Assembly (NCBI GenBank): GCA_030390025.1
Contig: CM059431.1
Location: 138,386,001 to 138,450,000, forward strand
DNA length: 64,000 nt
Source of the DNA: Squalus acanthias
Taxonomy: Eukaryota
Direction: 5' to 3'
Positions 25,090-38,389 of this stretch are shown piece by piece (the first letter of the stretch is position 1; every line of letters starts with the position of its first letter). The notes beneath the pieces are model-generated. The model did not search any database. It was not told the origin of the DNA and worked only from the letters and a program-made list of their open reading frames with translations. The translations under genes and the position numbers were made by a program.

Positions 25090-25740
25090 CACCTTCACCA
25101 TCTTCTAAATCAGATACATCTTCTCTGGTCAGTTCAATAACACCTTTACCATCTACTAAATAAGATACACCTCCTCTGGTCAGTACAATAACACCTTCAC
25201 TATCTACTAAATCAGATACATCTTCTCTGGTCAGTACAATAACACCTTTACCTCTACTAAATCAGATACATCTTCTCTGGTCCGTACAGTAGCACCTTCA
25301 CCATCTACTACATGAGATACATCTTCTCTGGTCAGTACAATAACACCCTCACCATCTACTAAATCAGATACACCTACTCTGGTCAGTACACTAGCACCTT
25401 CACCATCTACTAAATCAGATACATCTTCACTGGTCAGTACAATAACACTCTCACCATCTATTAAATCAGATACAGCTTCTCTGGTCAGTACAATAACACC
25501 CTCACCATCTACTAAATCAGATACATCTTCTCTGGTCAGTACAATAACACCCTCACCATCTAAGAAATCAGATACATCTTCTCTGGTCAGTTCAATAGCC
25601 ACTTCACCATCTACTAAATCAGATACATCTTCTCTGGTCAGTACAATAAGACCCTCACCATCTACTAAATCAGATACATCTTCTCTGGTCAGTACAATAA
25701 CAATCTCACCATCTACTAAATCAGATACATCATCTCTGGT
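25090..25740. repeat. 51-bp coding-type tandem repeat (STKSDTSSLVSTITPSP)
   Basis: Unit tctactaaatcagatacatcttctctggtcagtacaataacaccctcacca. Confidence 0.9.
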
Positions 25741-26224
25741 CATATCAACCTGTGTAGCGTCATTAGTGATACCAATAACTGTTACAGAAGAATCAATTCC
25801 CCAAGTATTTAGGTTAAATATGCCATTACCTTTTACACATTTAACAAGTGCATCATTGCTACCAAATTGACACAATACCCTGAATGGATTGGGCGTGTTC
25901 GGATTTTCAGAGTCTGATTTATAGGTCGATAGGTATTTGAAATAAACTATTAGTTTCTCCTTATATAACCAAAGTTTCAGTATTGAAATACAACATGATA
26001 AACTATATTAAAATAAAATATCACCGTTTAACGATGGCGTGCATTGTCTTCTTGGCAGTAAAAGAAATGTCATTCAGTAGATTATTTGCCATTTTTTTAG
26101 AATGGGTTTCTAAATAATTAATGTTGCAATAGGAAGACAAAAAAGAAAAAAACATCTATTGCTATAATTGTGAAGTTAAACCAGAATTGCTACAAACATT
26201 CAGCATCTGTGGATACACAGACAC

Positions 26225-26780
26225 AACAACAATAACAAATAGGAATTTAAGCAGCGACTTTAATGTAATGAAACATCCAAGGAATCCACAGGATCGTCAT
26301 CAGATCAGAATTTAACACCAAGACACATAATGAGATAATAGGACAGATGATCAAAAGCTTGGTAAAATAGATAGGCTTTAAGGAGTGTTTTAAAGACGGA
26401 AACAGAGAATTAGAGAGCGGAGAGGTTTAGGGAGGGAATTCGAGAGCTGAGGACCTCGGCAGCTGAAGGCACGAATGCCAATGGTGGAGCGATTGGAATC
26501 AGGGATGCGCAAGAGGCCGGAATTGGTCGAGTGCAGAGGTCTCGGAGAGTTGCAGGACTAGAGGAGGTAACTGAGATAGGGCCATGGAGGCATTTGAAAA
26601 AAATTGCTGAGAATTTTAAAATCGATGTGTTGCCTGACCGGGAGCCAATATAGGTGAGCGAGCACAGGGGTGATGAGCGAACGGGACTTCGTGCGCGTTA
26701 TGATACGGATAACAGAGTTTTGGATGAAAGCAATTTTACGGAGATTGCAAGATGGGATGTTGGCCAGGAGAGCATTGAAA
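26225..26780 (-). mobile_element. L2-clade LINE 3' fragment
   Basis: ORF 26558-26824(-) IQNSVIRIITRTKSRSLITPVLAHLYWLPVRQHIDFKIL, the typical L2 RT C-terminus. Confidence 0.85.
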
Positions 26781-28199
26781 AGGCACGTTAATATTTCAAT
26801 GCTGAGCCTCAGACAACATTTCAATTTGCTTCCAGGGAGAATTTGAAGCTGAGCAGCACATGGGAGTCCGAGAGACTGAGCAGCGGACTGTGTTCATTGA
26901 ACAGTTCGCTGTCCATCTGGTTTAGTGACATGGAGTTATATAGAGTTTATAGCACAGAAAGAACCCACTCGGCCTAACTGGCCGGTGTCGGCATTTATGC
27001 TCCAGACGAGCCTCTTCCAACCCCTCTTCATTTAAGACTATCTGCATATCCTTTTATTCTTTCTGTCTCTTGTGCTTATACAGCTTCCCCTAAAATGCAT
27101 GCATACTAATTGCCTCAAATACACCATGTTGTAGCAAGTTCCGCATTCTAACCAAACTCTGGGTAAATAAGTTGCTCCTGAATTCCCTATTGGATTTATT
27201 TGTGACAATCTGATATTGATGGCTCCTAGTTATGGACTATCCGATAAGTGAAAACATTTTCTCTCCATCTACTCTATCGAACCTTTCACAATCTTAAAGA
27301 CTCTTATCAGGTCACGCCTCGGCCTTCTCTATTCTGGAGAAAGCCTTGGGCGAGTACAGACATCAAACTCTGTGAAGATCCGGAAAGTAGTTGAACTGTC
27401 CTCTCCTGATGGTGCTGCACTCCACACTGCTATAACTTGCCATTCTAGTTGAATGCGATTCTGTAATTGTAGTAACGCTGCATCAAGAGCAATTTAAAAA
27501 TTGTTAGATATACATTACAACTATTCTCAAGTCACATTAATGCTTTAGAATATAATGCAGTATATGGATGTCTGCTGGTCGTTACTGACATTATAAACAC
27601 GGAAGGAGGAATTTCTAAATTCCCTGATTCAAGCAATACGTATAAAAACGTTTTGAAAGCAGGCTTTCATGATTTTATTAGTAATAGCAATCAGAGGAAA
27701 CTATCCTACCACGTGCACGATGATGCTAACATGTAAGATAAAGGAAAGATAATTTCATAAATTTTTATCTCAGTTATTTATTCTGTCCACATGCTTTAAA
27801 AAAGTAATGCGGAAAAATAAAGCCCATTTCTGTCGATTGATGGATTGTTTCCATTGAGTAATTATTCTCCAATTGTTCTTAACATGACAGTTTGGACTTG
27901 TTAGCAAGGTCAAGTTAGCTGGCGAGGGTGTTGATTCATTAATATTTCACTGCTGAATGGGACAAGGCAGAGAGATGTTCCCACCCACCATTGTTCAAAC
28001 GCATAAGGGTGTGAATCTAATCAAGGCCGCTTACACTTTTCTGATAATAATTATATATCGATGTCAAGGAAGTACTCGGGAGGTTAGCGTTGAATAGGAT
28101 CCCTAAATTTTTCAAACGTCGACTTAAAAGTGAAAAATATGAAGCATTTGAATTGTGAGCTCATGAATTTGATTCTTTCTGAGTCATCGCCAGTAATCA

Positions 28200-28585
28200 T
28201 GGATGACTATGGTTTCGAATCTGACCTCGGGTGACTGTCTGTGTGGAGTTTGCACATTCTCCCCGTGTCTGCGTGGGTTTCCTCCGGGTGCTCCGGTTTC
28301 CTCCCACAGTCCAAAAATGTGTGGGTTAGGTTGATTTGGCTATGATAAATTGACCCTTAGTGTTAGGGGGGGTTTAAATATGTGGGGTTATGGGGATAGG
28401 ATGGGATATGTTAGGGGGAATTAAATATGTGGGGTTACGGGGGTAGGGTGGGATATGTGTACTGTGGGGATTAAAGCAGGGACAGGGTACTGGATTTGGA
28501 TGATCAGCCATGATCGTATTGAATGGTGGAGCAGGCTCGACGGGCCGAATGGCCTACTCCTGCTCCTAGATTCTATGTTTCTATG
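28200..28585 (+). mobile_element. HE1-type V-SINE
   Basis: V-domain gtggagtttgcacattctccccgtgtctgcgtgggtttcctccgggtgctccggtttcctcccaca plus CR1-derived tail and ttctatgtttctatg. Confidence 0.88.
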
Positions 28586-29232
28586 ACTAGTCAAGGAGCA
28601 CATGCATCAGAGAGAAGGTAAAAATGTCCCTACTCTTCCTGAACTTTACATACAATACCTCAACATCATGTTAGTATCCCGGTTGCAGTGAAGGTGATCA
28701 AGGTGGCTACTTTACGAAGGAATTATTAGCCGAGTAAATATTTAGGGCCATCGAGTTCGCCTTCTACCATCCTGGGATTCACACGATACCGCGATAATAG
28801 AGTTGTTGACTGTTAATTGCAATCGATCTTTATTAATTAGTCTACAACAGACCCAGACATGAGGTGAGGAAAACGCTCAGTGGTAGAGAGCTTTGGGTAT
28901 CATAGTTTCAAAATATTACCTGTTTCTCCCAAGCATGCTACACCTACCACATATCATGTCTAAAATTACCCATATACTCTATCCCAAAGTTTGATATTAT
29001 GAAAGAAATCTATCTAATTTTATTCAATATATCAATACTAATTACTCCCTCCGTCTCCCTCGGGAGCCTGTTGAATAGATTAACCACTCGCTCACTGAAA
29101 TGTTGATTAGGCAGATAAGTTTTGAATTTAACCCCTTCAAGTGCAGGTCATATCCTTTGGCTCTACTGCCTTGCACAACGTGAACTGGTTTTTCATGGTC
29201 AACTTTATCTAGTCCCATTAGGACTCTAAAAG

Positions 29233-30400
29233 TGTAGGCTTCGCAAAATCCCCCAGAAACTCGAACAGAGCCCTAAAGGGAGTGATCTTTTGGACTTTTC
29301 ATACAAACTTGGGATGATGGGGCCTAAGTGAAGTGATTTGATGTAAAAACCTAAAGATCAGGGAAGAAAAACCTGAGGAAACTGATTTTTTTTTAATCTC
29401 ATTGTTGGGAGAGACATTTTTTCACAGACACCAGCTGCGAGGGGCGTGGCCGGTCAGTGAACAGATCAAGCTGTCTGGGAATTGTTTGAGACAAAGCAAA
29501 ACTCACAAACACATTCAAATATGGATCCCCAGGGGCAAACAAGATGCTGGAAATCTAAAAACGATTCAATGACAATATAACTTCGATCACACAGTTTCAT
29601 AGCCATTATCCCATCAAAAAAAACAATCAACCAGGTATCCAGAGAACAGATTTAAAAGCCCGCCAACAGAAGGACAATAGGGTGGAGATTTGGCGCATAG
29701 ATAAGGCAGTGTTTTAAATCGGAAAACGATTAACACTAAGCAAAAACCATCGGAACTGGCAAGCCCGCCAAAAACTAGACAATTGGACTAAGCAAGGGTC
29801 ATTTACAATCAAAAAGGAATTCGTTTTAGTAAGGGGTTCTTGGGCGTGAAAAAGAAACAGTATAATTTGAGAGCCTGTGCCATAATTTCTCTCTCTTTTG
29901 GACTGACTGACGATGCGGACACAGCTCTCTCCCTGCTCCAGCAAAACTTACCACAGGCCACGAGGAAGAAGGCCAGAAGACCAGCACGCAAGAAGAAACC
30001 AGAGCGACTGCCGCAGTGGCCATCAGACACCTCGCAGCAACAAGGGCCTTACGGAGTCCTTTTAAATAAAAGACTCTAATATCCTGTCAAGGATTCGTTG
30101 GTGAGCATTATCCCTGATCTCCTGAAACCAAAAACCTAGCCAGATAGTGGGATCTTTGGGAGAGATAAGGTTTTGTTTGATATATTGTCATTTCCCTCGC
30201 TTGTACCGTGTGTTCCCCGAATCTGTGTTTAAGTAATAAGTGTGTTTCAAGTTTGTTACCTTTTTCTTTTAATAAAGTAAAATTCTTTCATCAGAACCTG
30301 TTTACTGCAATTTTGTTCACAACCCCTAAATAAGCCCAAAGTATAGGAACCGGAGGGGTGTTGGAGCAATTCGAACCGCTCACTTAAGATACCCCTTACA
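29233..30400 (+). mobile_element. Solo LTR (1168 bp) with 4-bp TSD AAAG, inserted in a CR1 fragment
   Basis: Starts TGTAGG, ends CCTTACA; AAAG on both sides; removing it rejoins a minus-strand CR1 tail; internal tataa (29861) and AATAAA signals. Confidence 0.8.
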
Positions 30401-31029
30401 AAAGCAGGATTCATATCTCCTCTCAATCTTCTCTTTTCCAGTGACACAATACCCACCCTGATCACCTTCACAGAATGAGATCTCCGATTTACATGACGAA
30501 CAATCAATATTGTCTCATGGCCAATATTTATCACTCAGTCAAAATCACTAAAAACAGATTATCTGGTCATTATCACATTGCTCTTTGTGGGAGCTTGTTG
30601 GGCGCAAATTGGCTCCCGCATTCCCTACATTACAACAGTGACTACACTTCAAAAAGTACTTAATTGGCTGTAAAGTGCTTTGGTTCGTCCGGTGCTCGTA
30701 ACAGGCGCTATATAAATGCAAAGCTTTCGTTCCATTAACAATTAATATTGGCGATATTAAATAGGATGGCATCGATATTTAAAAGGAAGGGGAAGGCGTG
30801 TAAGTTAGGCACTAATCCATTCGCATCGCCACAATGTTGTACTGACTTGTGAGAAGTTTTGCCACTGCCCTGTGCTCAGATCATAATACGAACACTTCGG
30901 GGTGAATTTTCAGGAGGGTTTCCTGGTCGTCCGCCGTATATGTTCAAGGCATTTACACCCAAGATTTCTGTGGGCCATCCGTCAAAGCTATCGCGGACGG
31001 TCGAGTGAGCCTCGCGGATATTCGACCTC

Positions 31030-32510
31030 TTATCTCCCTAAGGTCACCCCTTTGAGACTTGTTCTGTGACAGAGCTTCTGACGGCAGAGCTTTCTTGATT
31101 CCAAAGTGGATGACTTCACACTAGCTCACATTGAACTCCAATTGACCTAGTTTTCCCCAGTCACTTATTCCGATGGCCAAAACTGAACGCAGCACTCCCG
31201 ATGGGACTATTCAATGTTCTATACATCGGAAGCATAACTTCCTGCCCATTGGACCCGAGCGCTCTTGAGAAAAGTGAAATTGGACACATGAAACACGAGC
31301 AATTCACGATGATATTTCCTGCTGTCTCAAAAAAACTGTTTTCGAAATTTTGCAGGAAAGCCTGATCCTTCTCAGTCTTGAAAGCTCCAAGTGTCCCAAG
31401 CTTCCACAGTCTTCTTGAGGACTGAGATCCAGATTTCCAACAACCCTTTGTGTGAAGATGTGCTTCATGAATTCGCTCCATAATGGCCTCGATCAAATTT
31501 TAAGATTATTTCACCTCTTTTTGATTTCGGTATAATTCTGGTGAATCTGTGCTGCAACCCCTCCAAAGCCAATATATCCTTCATGAGATGTGGTGCTTGA
31601 AAGTGAATGCAGTACTCCCGATGGGACTTTGCAAGCTTCTATTCAACTGAAAAATAACAATCATTGTATTCCAGCACCCTTGAGAAAAAGTAAGACATTC
31701 CATTAGCTGTTTTCATTGTTTCCTCTTTATGTCCATTAGCTTTAAAAGATTAAGTACTCAGATTTCCAAACGCTGCTTCCCTTTGCTGGCTTTGCACCTT
31801 TTAGAAAATTCTCCGATTTATAATTCTTGGTTCCAAAATGATGGACTTCACATTTTCCGAAACCAAGCTCCTGTTAATATAGTTTTCCCAACTAACTTAA
31901 TCTGTCTCAGTCCCTCAGAAACTTCCCGCTCTCTTTACAAAGAATTACCCTCCTTCCGAACTGAGTATCATCTTCAAACTTAATTAGGCAGCTTAGTATT
32001 GCTTCATCCAAGTCATTAATAAAATGAATTTGAGGCCCCACTACATATCTCTGGGAAACAGCACTTGTCAGATCAGACGCGGCTGTTGAAGAGAGTGTGG
32101 GAGGAGGGAGGGAGAGTGTTTGTGAAGCTAATACTGTGGGAGGCAGTGTGTGAGTGAAATGCTCCGGATAGGCGGCGCTACGACATCTGCCGTATCAAAT
32201 CACTTTTAGATTTGAACACCGTGATCAGATTACCAATCAATCTTCTATACTCAATGGAATAAGAACCTGGTATCCGCGAGGTGTCCTCATAATGTAACCC
32301 GCCAAGCTCCGTTGAATCTGTGCGGGACCCTCTGCGGGACCCTCTGCAACGCCAGTATACCTTCCTGGGGAAAGCTGCCCAAATTTGAATGAAGTACTGG
32401 GAATGATCGTGGCTCCGAACAACTGAAGCATCACCTCCGTCGCATTCCAACACCCTGAAGAAATAGACCAATACTAAATTTACTTTTTCCATTGTCTTTT
32501 GTTTATGCCT
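31030..32510 (-). mobile_element. Old, degraded CR1 fragments
   Basis: Minus-strand remnants such as YSIEYRRLIGNLITVFK and EVMLPMYRTL. Confidence 0.6.
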
Positions 32511-32511
32511 A

Positions 32512-33930
32512 GTAAGGAGGGAGAGAGAAAACGGGGAACTACAGAGCAGTTAGCCTGACATCAGTAGTAGGGAAAATGCTAGAATCTACTATTAAGGGCG
32601 TGGTAACAGGGCACTTAGAAAATAACAATAGGATTGGGCAGAGTCAACAATGATTTTTGAAAGGGAAATCGTGTTTGACAAACCTGTTAGAATTTTTTGA
32701 GTTTATAACTAACAGAATAGATATTTGGGAACCAGTGGATCTGGTTTATGTGAATTTTCAGAAGGCATTCGATAACGTGCCACACAAGAGGTTATTCAAC
32801 AAAATTAGGGCTCTTGGGACTGGGGATATATACTAGCATGGATTGAGGATTGGTTACCGGACAGAAAACTGAGAGTAAGAATAAACGGGTCATTTTCGTG
32901 TTGGCGGGCTGTAACTAGTGGGGTACCGCAAGCATCAGTGCTTGGGCCTCAGCTGTTCACAATCTACTTCAATGATGTGGATGAGGGGACCAAATGTAAC
33001 ATATCCAAGTTTGCTGATGATACAAAGTTGGGTGGGAATGTAAGTTGTGAGGAGGCTGCAAGGAGGCTTCAAGGGGATATAGACAGTGTATGTGAATGGG
33101 CAAGATCATGGCAAATCGAATAAAATGTGGAAAAATGTGATGTTATCCATTTTGGTAGGCAAAATAGAAAAGCAGTGTATTTTTAAAATGGTGAGAGATT
33201 GGGAAATGTTGGTGTTCAGAGGGAGCTGGGTGTCCTTGTAGACGCATCACTTAAAGTTAACATGCAGGTTCAGCAAGCAATTAGGAAAGCAAATGGTATT
33301 AAAAGAGGATTTGAGTATAAGAATAAAGACGTCTTACTACAAATATATTGGGCCCTGGTGAGACCACACCTGGAGTATTGTGTACAGTTTTGGCCTCCTT
33401 ACCTGAGGAAGGATATATTTGCCATAGAGGGAGTACAAGGAAGGTTCACCAGACTGGTTCCTGGATTGAGGGGATTGTCCTATGAGGACAGATTGAATAC
33501 ACTAGACCTATATTCTCTAGAGTTTAGAAGAATGAAGGGTGAGCTCATTGAAATAAACAACATTCTTACAGGACTTGACAGTGTAGATGCAGGGAGGATG
33601 TTTCCCCTGGCTGGGGAGTCTAGAACCATGGGTCACCGTCTCAGAATAAGGGATCGGCCATTTAGGACTGAGATGAGGAGAAATTTCTTCACTCAGAGGA
33701 TATGAATCTCTGGAATTCTCTACCCAAGAGGGCTGTGGAGGCTCAGTCGTTGAGTATATTCAAGACAGTGATCGATAGATTTTTGAATATTAAGGGAATC
33801 AAGGGATATAGGGATAGTACATGTAAGTCGAGATGAGATACAAAATCAGCCATGATCTTATTGAATGGCGGAGCATGCTTGAAGGGCCAAATGGCCTACT
33901 CCTGCTCCTATTTCTTTTGATCTGATGTAC
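32512..33930 (+). mobile_element. CR1 LINE RT and 3' end fragment
   Basis: SKFADDTKLGG, HLEYCVQFWPP, YSLEFRRMKG; 3' tail present. Confidence 0.93.
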
Positions 33931-34324
33931 TTGTTTTCAATGATTTAAGAACTTGAAATTCTGAATCCCATGCTCCACTACAGTTTCTAGCTTAATAGCC
34001 TTTAGAATATACTCCGAGTTATCTTTCTTGGTTTATTGTGGATGATTCACACTTGCTGACATTTAACACCATTTGATATAGTTTTGCTAACTCATTTAAT
34101 CTTTCTATGTCTCTTTGTAATTTCTCGATCTTAGTGGCACTACTTACGCTTCAACCTAACTTAGTGTCATTTTCAAACTTGGATACATGGCGGTCTATTC
34201 TTTCATTGAAGTCATTAATAAATATGGTGAAAATGTCAGGCCCCAGTACAGAAACCTGGGAGTCAGCACTTTTCACAAAGGAATGTTGGAATCGGATCTA
34301 TACCAGAATTTTAGTGTATGGACA

Positions 34325-37300
34325 TCACCATTAATGCTAGAGAGGAGCGTCACCAGTAATGCTAAATTAGGGTTGACACAAGTATATTAGATAAGGTGCA
34401 GCACCAATAATGTTAGAGTAGGCTCACCAAGAGTAATATTATAGTATGTTCACCACCAGTAATGTTAGCGAAGGGTCAGCACCAGTAATGTTAGAGTAGG
34501 ATCATCAAGAGTAACGTTAATGTAGCGCTGGTACCGTTAGCGCTTCAGTCGGGTCAATAGCAGCAAAATTAGAGTAGATTCATCATCACTAATGTAAGAG
34601 CGGGGTCACCACCGGTAATGTTAGAGTAGGATCACCACCAGTAATGTTAGAGTAGGATCACCACCAGTAATGTCAGAGTAGGATCACCACCAGTAATGTT
34701 GGGTCAACATCAGCAATTTTACTGTCGGGTCATCAGCAGTAATGTTAGAGTAGAGTCGCCAATAGTAACGTTAGAATAGAGGCAACACCACTAACGTTAG
34801 AGTCGGGTCACCACCACTAATGTTAGAGTAGTGTCACCACCAATAATGTTAGAATAGATTCAAAACCTTTAATGTTAGTGTACAGTCACAACTTTATTAA
34901 TGTTAGAGTAGGGTCAACATCAGTTATGTTAGAGTACAGTCACCACCAGTAATGATAGAGTAAGGTCAACAACATGTAATGTTAGTGTAGAGTCACCACG
35001 CGTAACGTTGGAGAAGGGTCAACACCAGTAATTTAGTGTAGCATCATCAAGAATAAAATTACAGTAGCACAGGTACAATTAATGATTCAGTAGGGTCAAT
35101 ATCAGTAAAATTACAGTAGATTCACCACCACTAATGTAAGAGCGGGGTCACCACCAGTAATGTTACAATAGAGTCACCACCATAACTGTTAGTACAGAGA
35201 CAACACCAGTAATGTTAGATTAGAGTCACCACCAACTGTAATGCTCGAGTAGGATCGCCATCATTAATATTAGAGTAGAATCACCACCAGTAATGTTACA
35301 GTAGGATCACCACCAGTAATGTTAGAGTAGGATCACCAACAGCAATGTTAGAGTAAGATCACCACCAGTAATGTTTGAGTAGAGTCACCACCAATAATGT
35401 TAGAGTAGGATCACCACCAGTAATGTTAGAGTAGGATCACCACCAGTAATGTTAGAGTAGAGTCACCACCAGTAATGTTAGAGTAGAGTCACCACCAGTA
35501 ATGTTAGAGTAGGATCACAACCAGTAATGTTAGATTAGGATCACCACCAGTAATGTTAGAGTAGGATCACCACCAGTAATGTTAGAGTAGGATCACCACC
35601 AGTAATGTTAGAGTAGGGTCACCACCAGTAATGTTAGAGAAGAGCCAAAAGCAGTAATGTTAGAGTCGAGTCACCACCAGTAAGGTTAGAGTAGAGTCAC
35701 CACAAGTTATGTTAGAGGAGAGTCACCACCAATAATGAGAGGGTAGAGTCACCACCAGTAATGTTAGAGTTGGGTCACCATTGGTAATGTTAGAGTAGGG
35801 TGACCACCATAATGTTAGAGTAGGACTACAGTCAGTAATGTCAGAGTAGAGTCACCAGCAGTAACGTTAGAGTAGCGTCCCCACCAGCAGTGTTAGAGTA
35901 GGATCACCAGTAGCAAAGTTAGAATAGTGTTCTGAGCAGTAATATCAGAGCAGGATCGCCACCAGTAATATTAGAGAACGACAAAACTAGTAATGTTATA
36001 GTAGAGTCACCACCATCAATTTTAATGTAGTTTCATCAACAGTAATGTTGGACTGGAGTCGCCACTAGTAATTTCAGAATAGGATCAACACCAGTAATGT
36101 CAGTGTACAGTCACCTATTTATTCATGTTAGAGTGGTGTCATCACCATAGAGTAGAGTCACCAGCAGTAATGTTAGAGAAGCGCAACCACCAGGTATGTT
36201 ACAGTAGAGTCACCACCAGTAAGGTTAGATTACGTTCGCAACCAGTAATGGTAGAGTAAGGTTACCACCCGTAATGTTAGATTAGGGTCATCACCAGTAA
36301 TGTTAGAGTAGAATCACCACCAGTAATGTGAGAGTAGGTTCAGCACCAGTAATGTTAGACCAGAGTCACCACCAGTAATGTCAGAGTAGGGTCACCATCA
36401 GTAATGTTAGAGTAGTGTCATCACCAATAATGGTAGTGTAGGTCGACTACCAGTAACGTTAGTGTAGAGTCACCATCAGTGATGTTAGAGTGGAGTCACC
36501 ACCAGTGATGTTGTAGTAGTGTGGCCACCAGTAATGTTTTATTAGGTGCATCACTAATAATATTAGGGTAGGGTCATCACCAGTAGTGTTCGAGTAGGGT
36601 CACCACCAGTGATGATATGGTCACCACCAGTAATGTTAGAGTAGAGTGACCACCAGTTATGTTAGAGTAGGGTCACCACTAGCAATGTTAGAGTAGGATC
36701 ACCAGCAGTAATGTTAGAATAGTGTCACCAGCAGTAATGTCAGAGCAGGATCACAACCGATATAATTAGAGAAGCGACAACACCAGAAATGTTAGCGTTC
36801 AGTCACTAGCAGTAATGTTAGAGTAGAGTCATTAGCTGTAATGTTATATTTGGTACAACACGAATAATGTTAGAGTAGGGTCATCCCCAGTAATGTCCGA
36901 GTAGGATCACGACCAGTAATGATAGAATAGTGTCACCTTAAGCAATTTTAGAGTAGGCTCATCAACAGTAATGTTAGTGTGTAGTCGCCACCATTACGTT
37001 TAGCATAGTGTCTACATCAGTAATGTTAGATTAGGGTCATCACCAGTAATGTTAGAATAGGGTCACCATCAGTAATGTTAGAATACAGTCACCACCAGTT
37101 ATGTTAGAGTAGAGTCACCACCAATAATGTTAGAGTAGGTTCACCATCAGTAAGGTTAGATTAGGTTTGCCTCCAGTAATGTTGCAGTAGGGTCACCACC
37201 AGTAATGTTAGAGTAGAATCAGCACCAGTAATGTTAGAATAGGGTCACAATGAGTAATGTTAGTGCATATTCACAACCAGTAACGTTACAGTTGATTCAT

Positions 37301-37535
37301 CACCAATAATGTTAGATTAGCGTCCCCAACAGTAATGTTAGAGTAGGATCCTCAGCAGTAATGTTAGAGTAGCGTCACCAGCAGCAATGTCAGGGCAGGC
37401 ACACCACCAGTAATTTTAGACACCAGCAGTAATGTTAGAGTAGAGTAAACACCAGTACTGTTAGTGTAGAGTCAACACCAGTAAAGTTATATTAGTAGCA
37501 CCACGAATAATGTTAGAGTTGGGTCATTACCATTA
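34325..37535. repeat. 26-bp satellite, block 1
   Basis: Consensus accaccagtaatgttagagtagggtc; diverged edges, homogeneous core at about 35280-35640. Confidence 0.96.
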
Positions 37536-38360
37536 GTCCTCTATCTCTAATTACACAGTTACTGTGTTCCCCTAAATTACCCTGTCCTCTATCTCTAATT
37601 ACACAGTTACTGTGTTCCCCTAAATTACCCTGTCCTCTATCTCTAATTACACAGTTACTGTGTTCCCCTAAATTACCCTGTCCTCTATCTCTAATTACAC
37701 AGTTACTGTGTTCCCCTAAATTACCCTGCCCTCTATCTCTAATTACACGGTTACTGTGTTCCCCTAAATTACCCTGTCCTCTATCTCTAATTACACAGTT
37801 ACTGTGTTCCCCTAAATTACCCTGTCCTCTATCTCTAATTACACAGTTACTGTGTTCCCCTAAATTACCCTGTCCTCTATCTCTAATTACACAGTTACTG
37901 TGTTCCTCTAAATTACCCTGCCTCTCTCTCTAATTACACAATTACTGGGTTCCCCTAAATTACCCTGCCCTCTATCTCTAATTACACGGTTACTGTGTTC
38001 CCCTAAATTACCCTGTCCTCTATCACTAATTACGCAGTTAATGTGTCCCCTAAATTACCCTGTCCTCTATCTCTAATTACAGTTACTGTGTTCCCCGAAA
38101 TTACCCTGTCCTCTATCACTAATTACGCAGTTAATGTGTCCCCTAAATTACCCTGTCCTCTATCTCTAATTACACAGTTACTATGTTCTCCTAAATTACC
38201 CTGTCCTCTCTCTCGAATTACACAGTTACTGTGTTTCCCTAAATTACCCTGTCCTCTATCTCTAATTACACAGTTACTGTGTTCCTCTAAATTACGCTGT
38301 CCTCTCTGTCTAATTACACAATTACTGTGTTCCCCTAAATTACACAGTCCTCTGTCTCAG
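37536..38360. repeat. 48-bp tandem repeat directly 5' of the CR1 ORF1
   Basis: Unit gtcctctatctctaattacacagttactgtgttcccctaaattaccct, about 17 highly similar copies. Confidence 0.95.
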
Positions 38361-38389
38361 GGATTTCAAGTATACAAGGGCCCTTCAGT

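Larger units (their letters stand above)
23109..25870 (+). pseudogene. Decayed distal part of the mucin-like exon (now probable 3'UTR)
   Basis: The same S/T/P reading continues through 24-, 48- and 51-bp repeats, with stops at 24257, 24860, 25161, 25313 and frameshifts near 23652, 24975, 25252. A unique C-terminal peptide ends at TGA 25868-25870; AATAAA at 25941 and 26012. Confidence 0.7.

Noticed and set aside
25871..34320. Search for transcobalamin beta-domain exons
   Set aside because: No open exon with recognisable beta-domain motifs seen by eye; a profile search is needed to exclude divergent exons.
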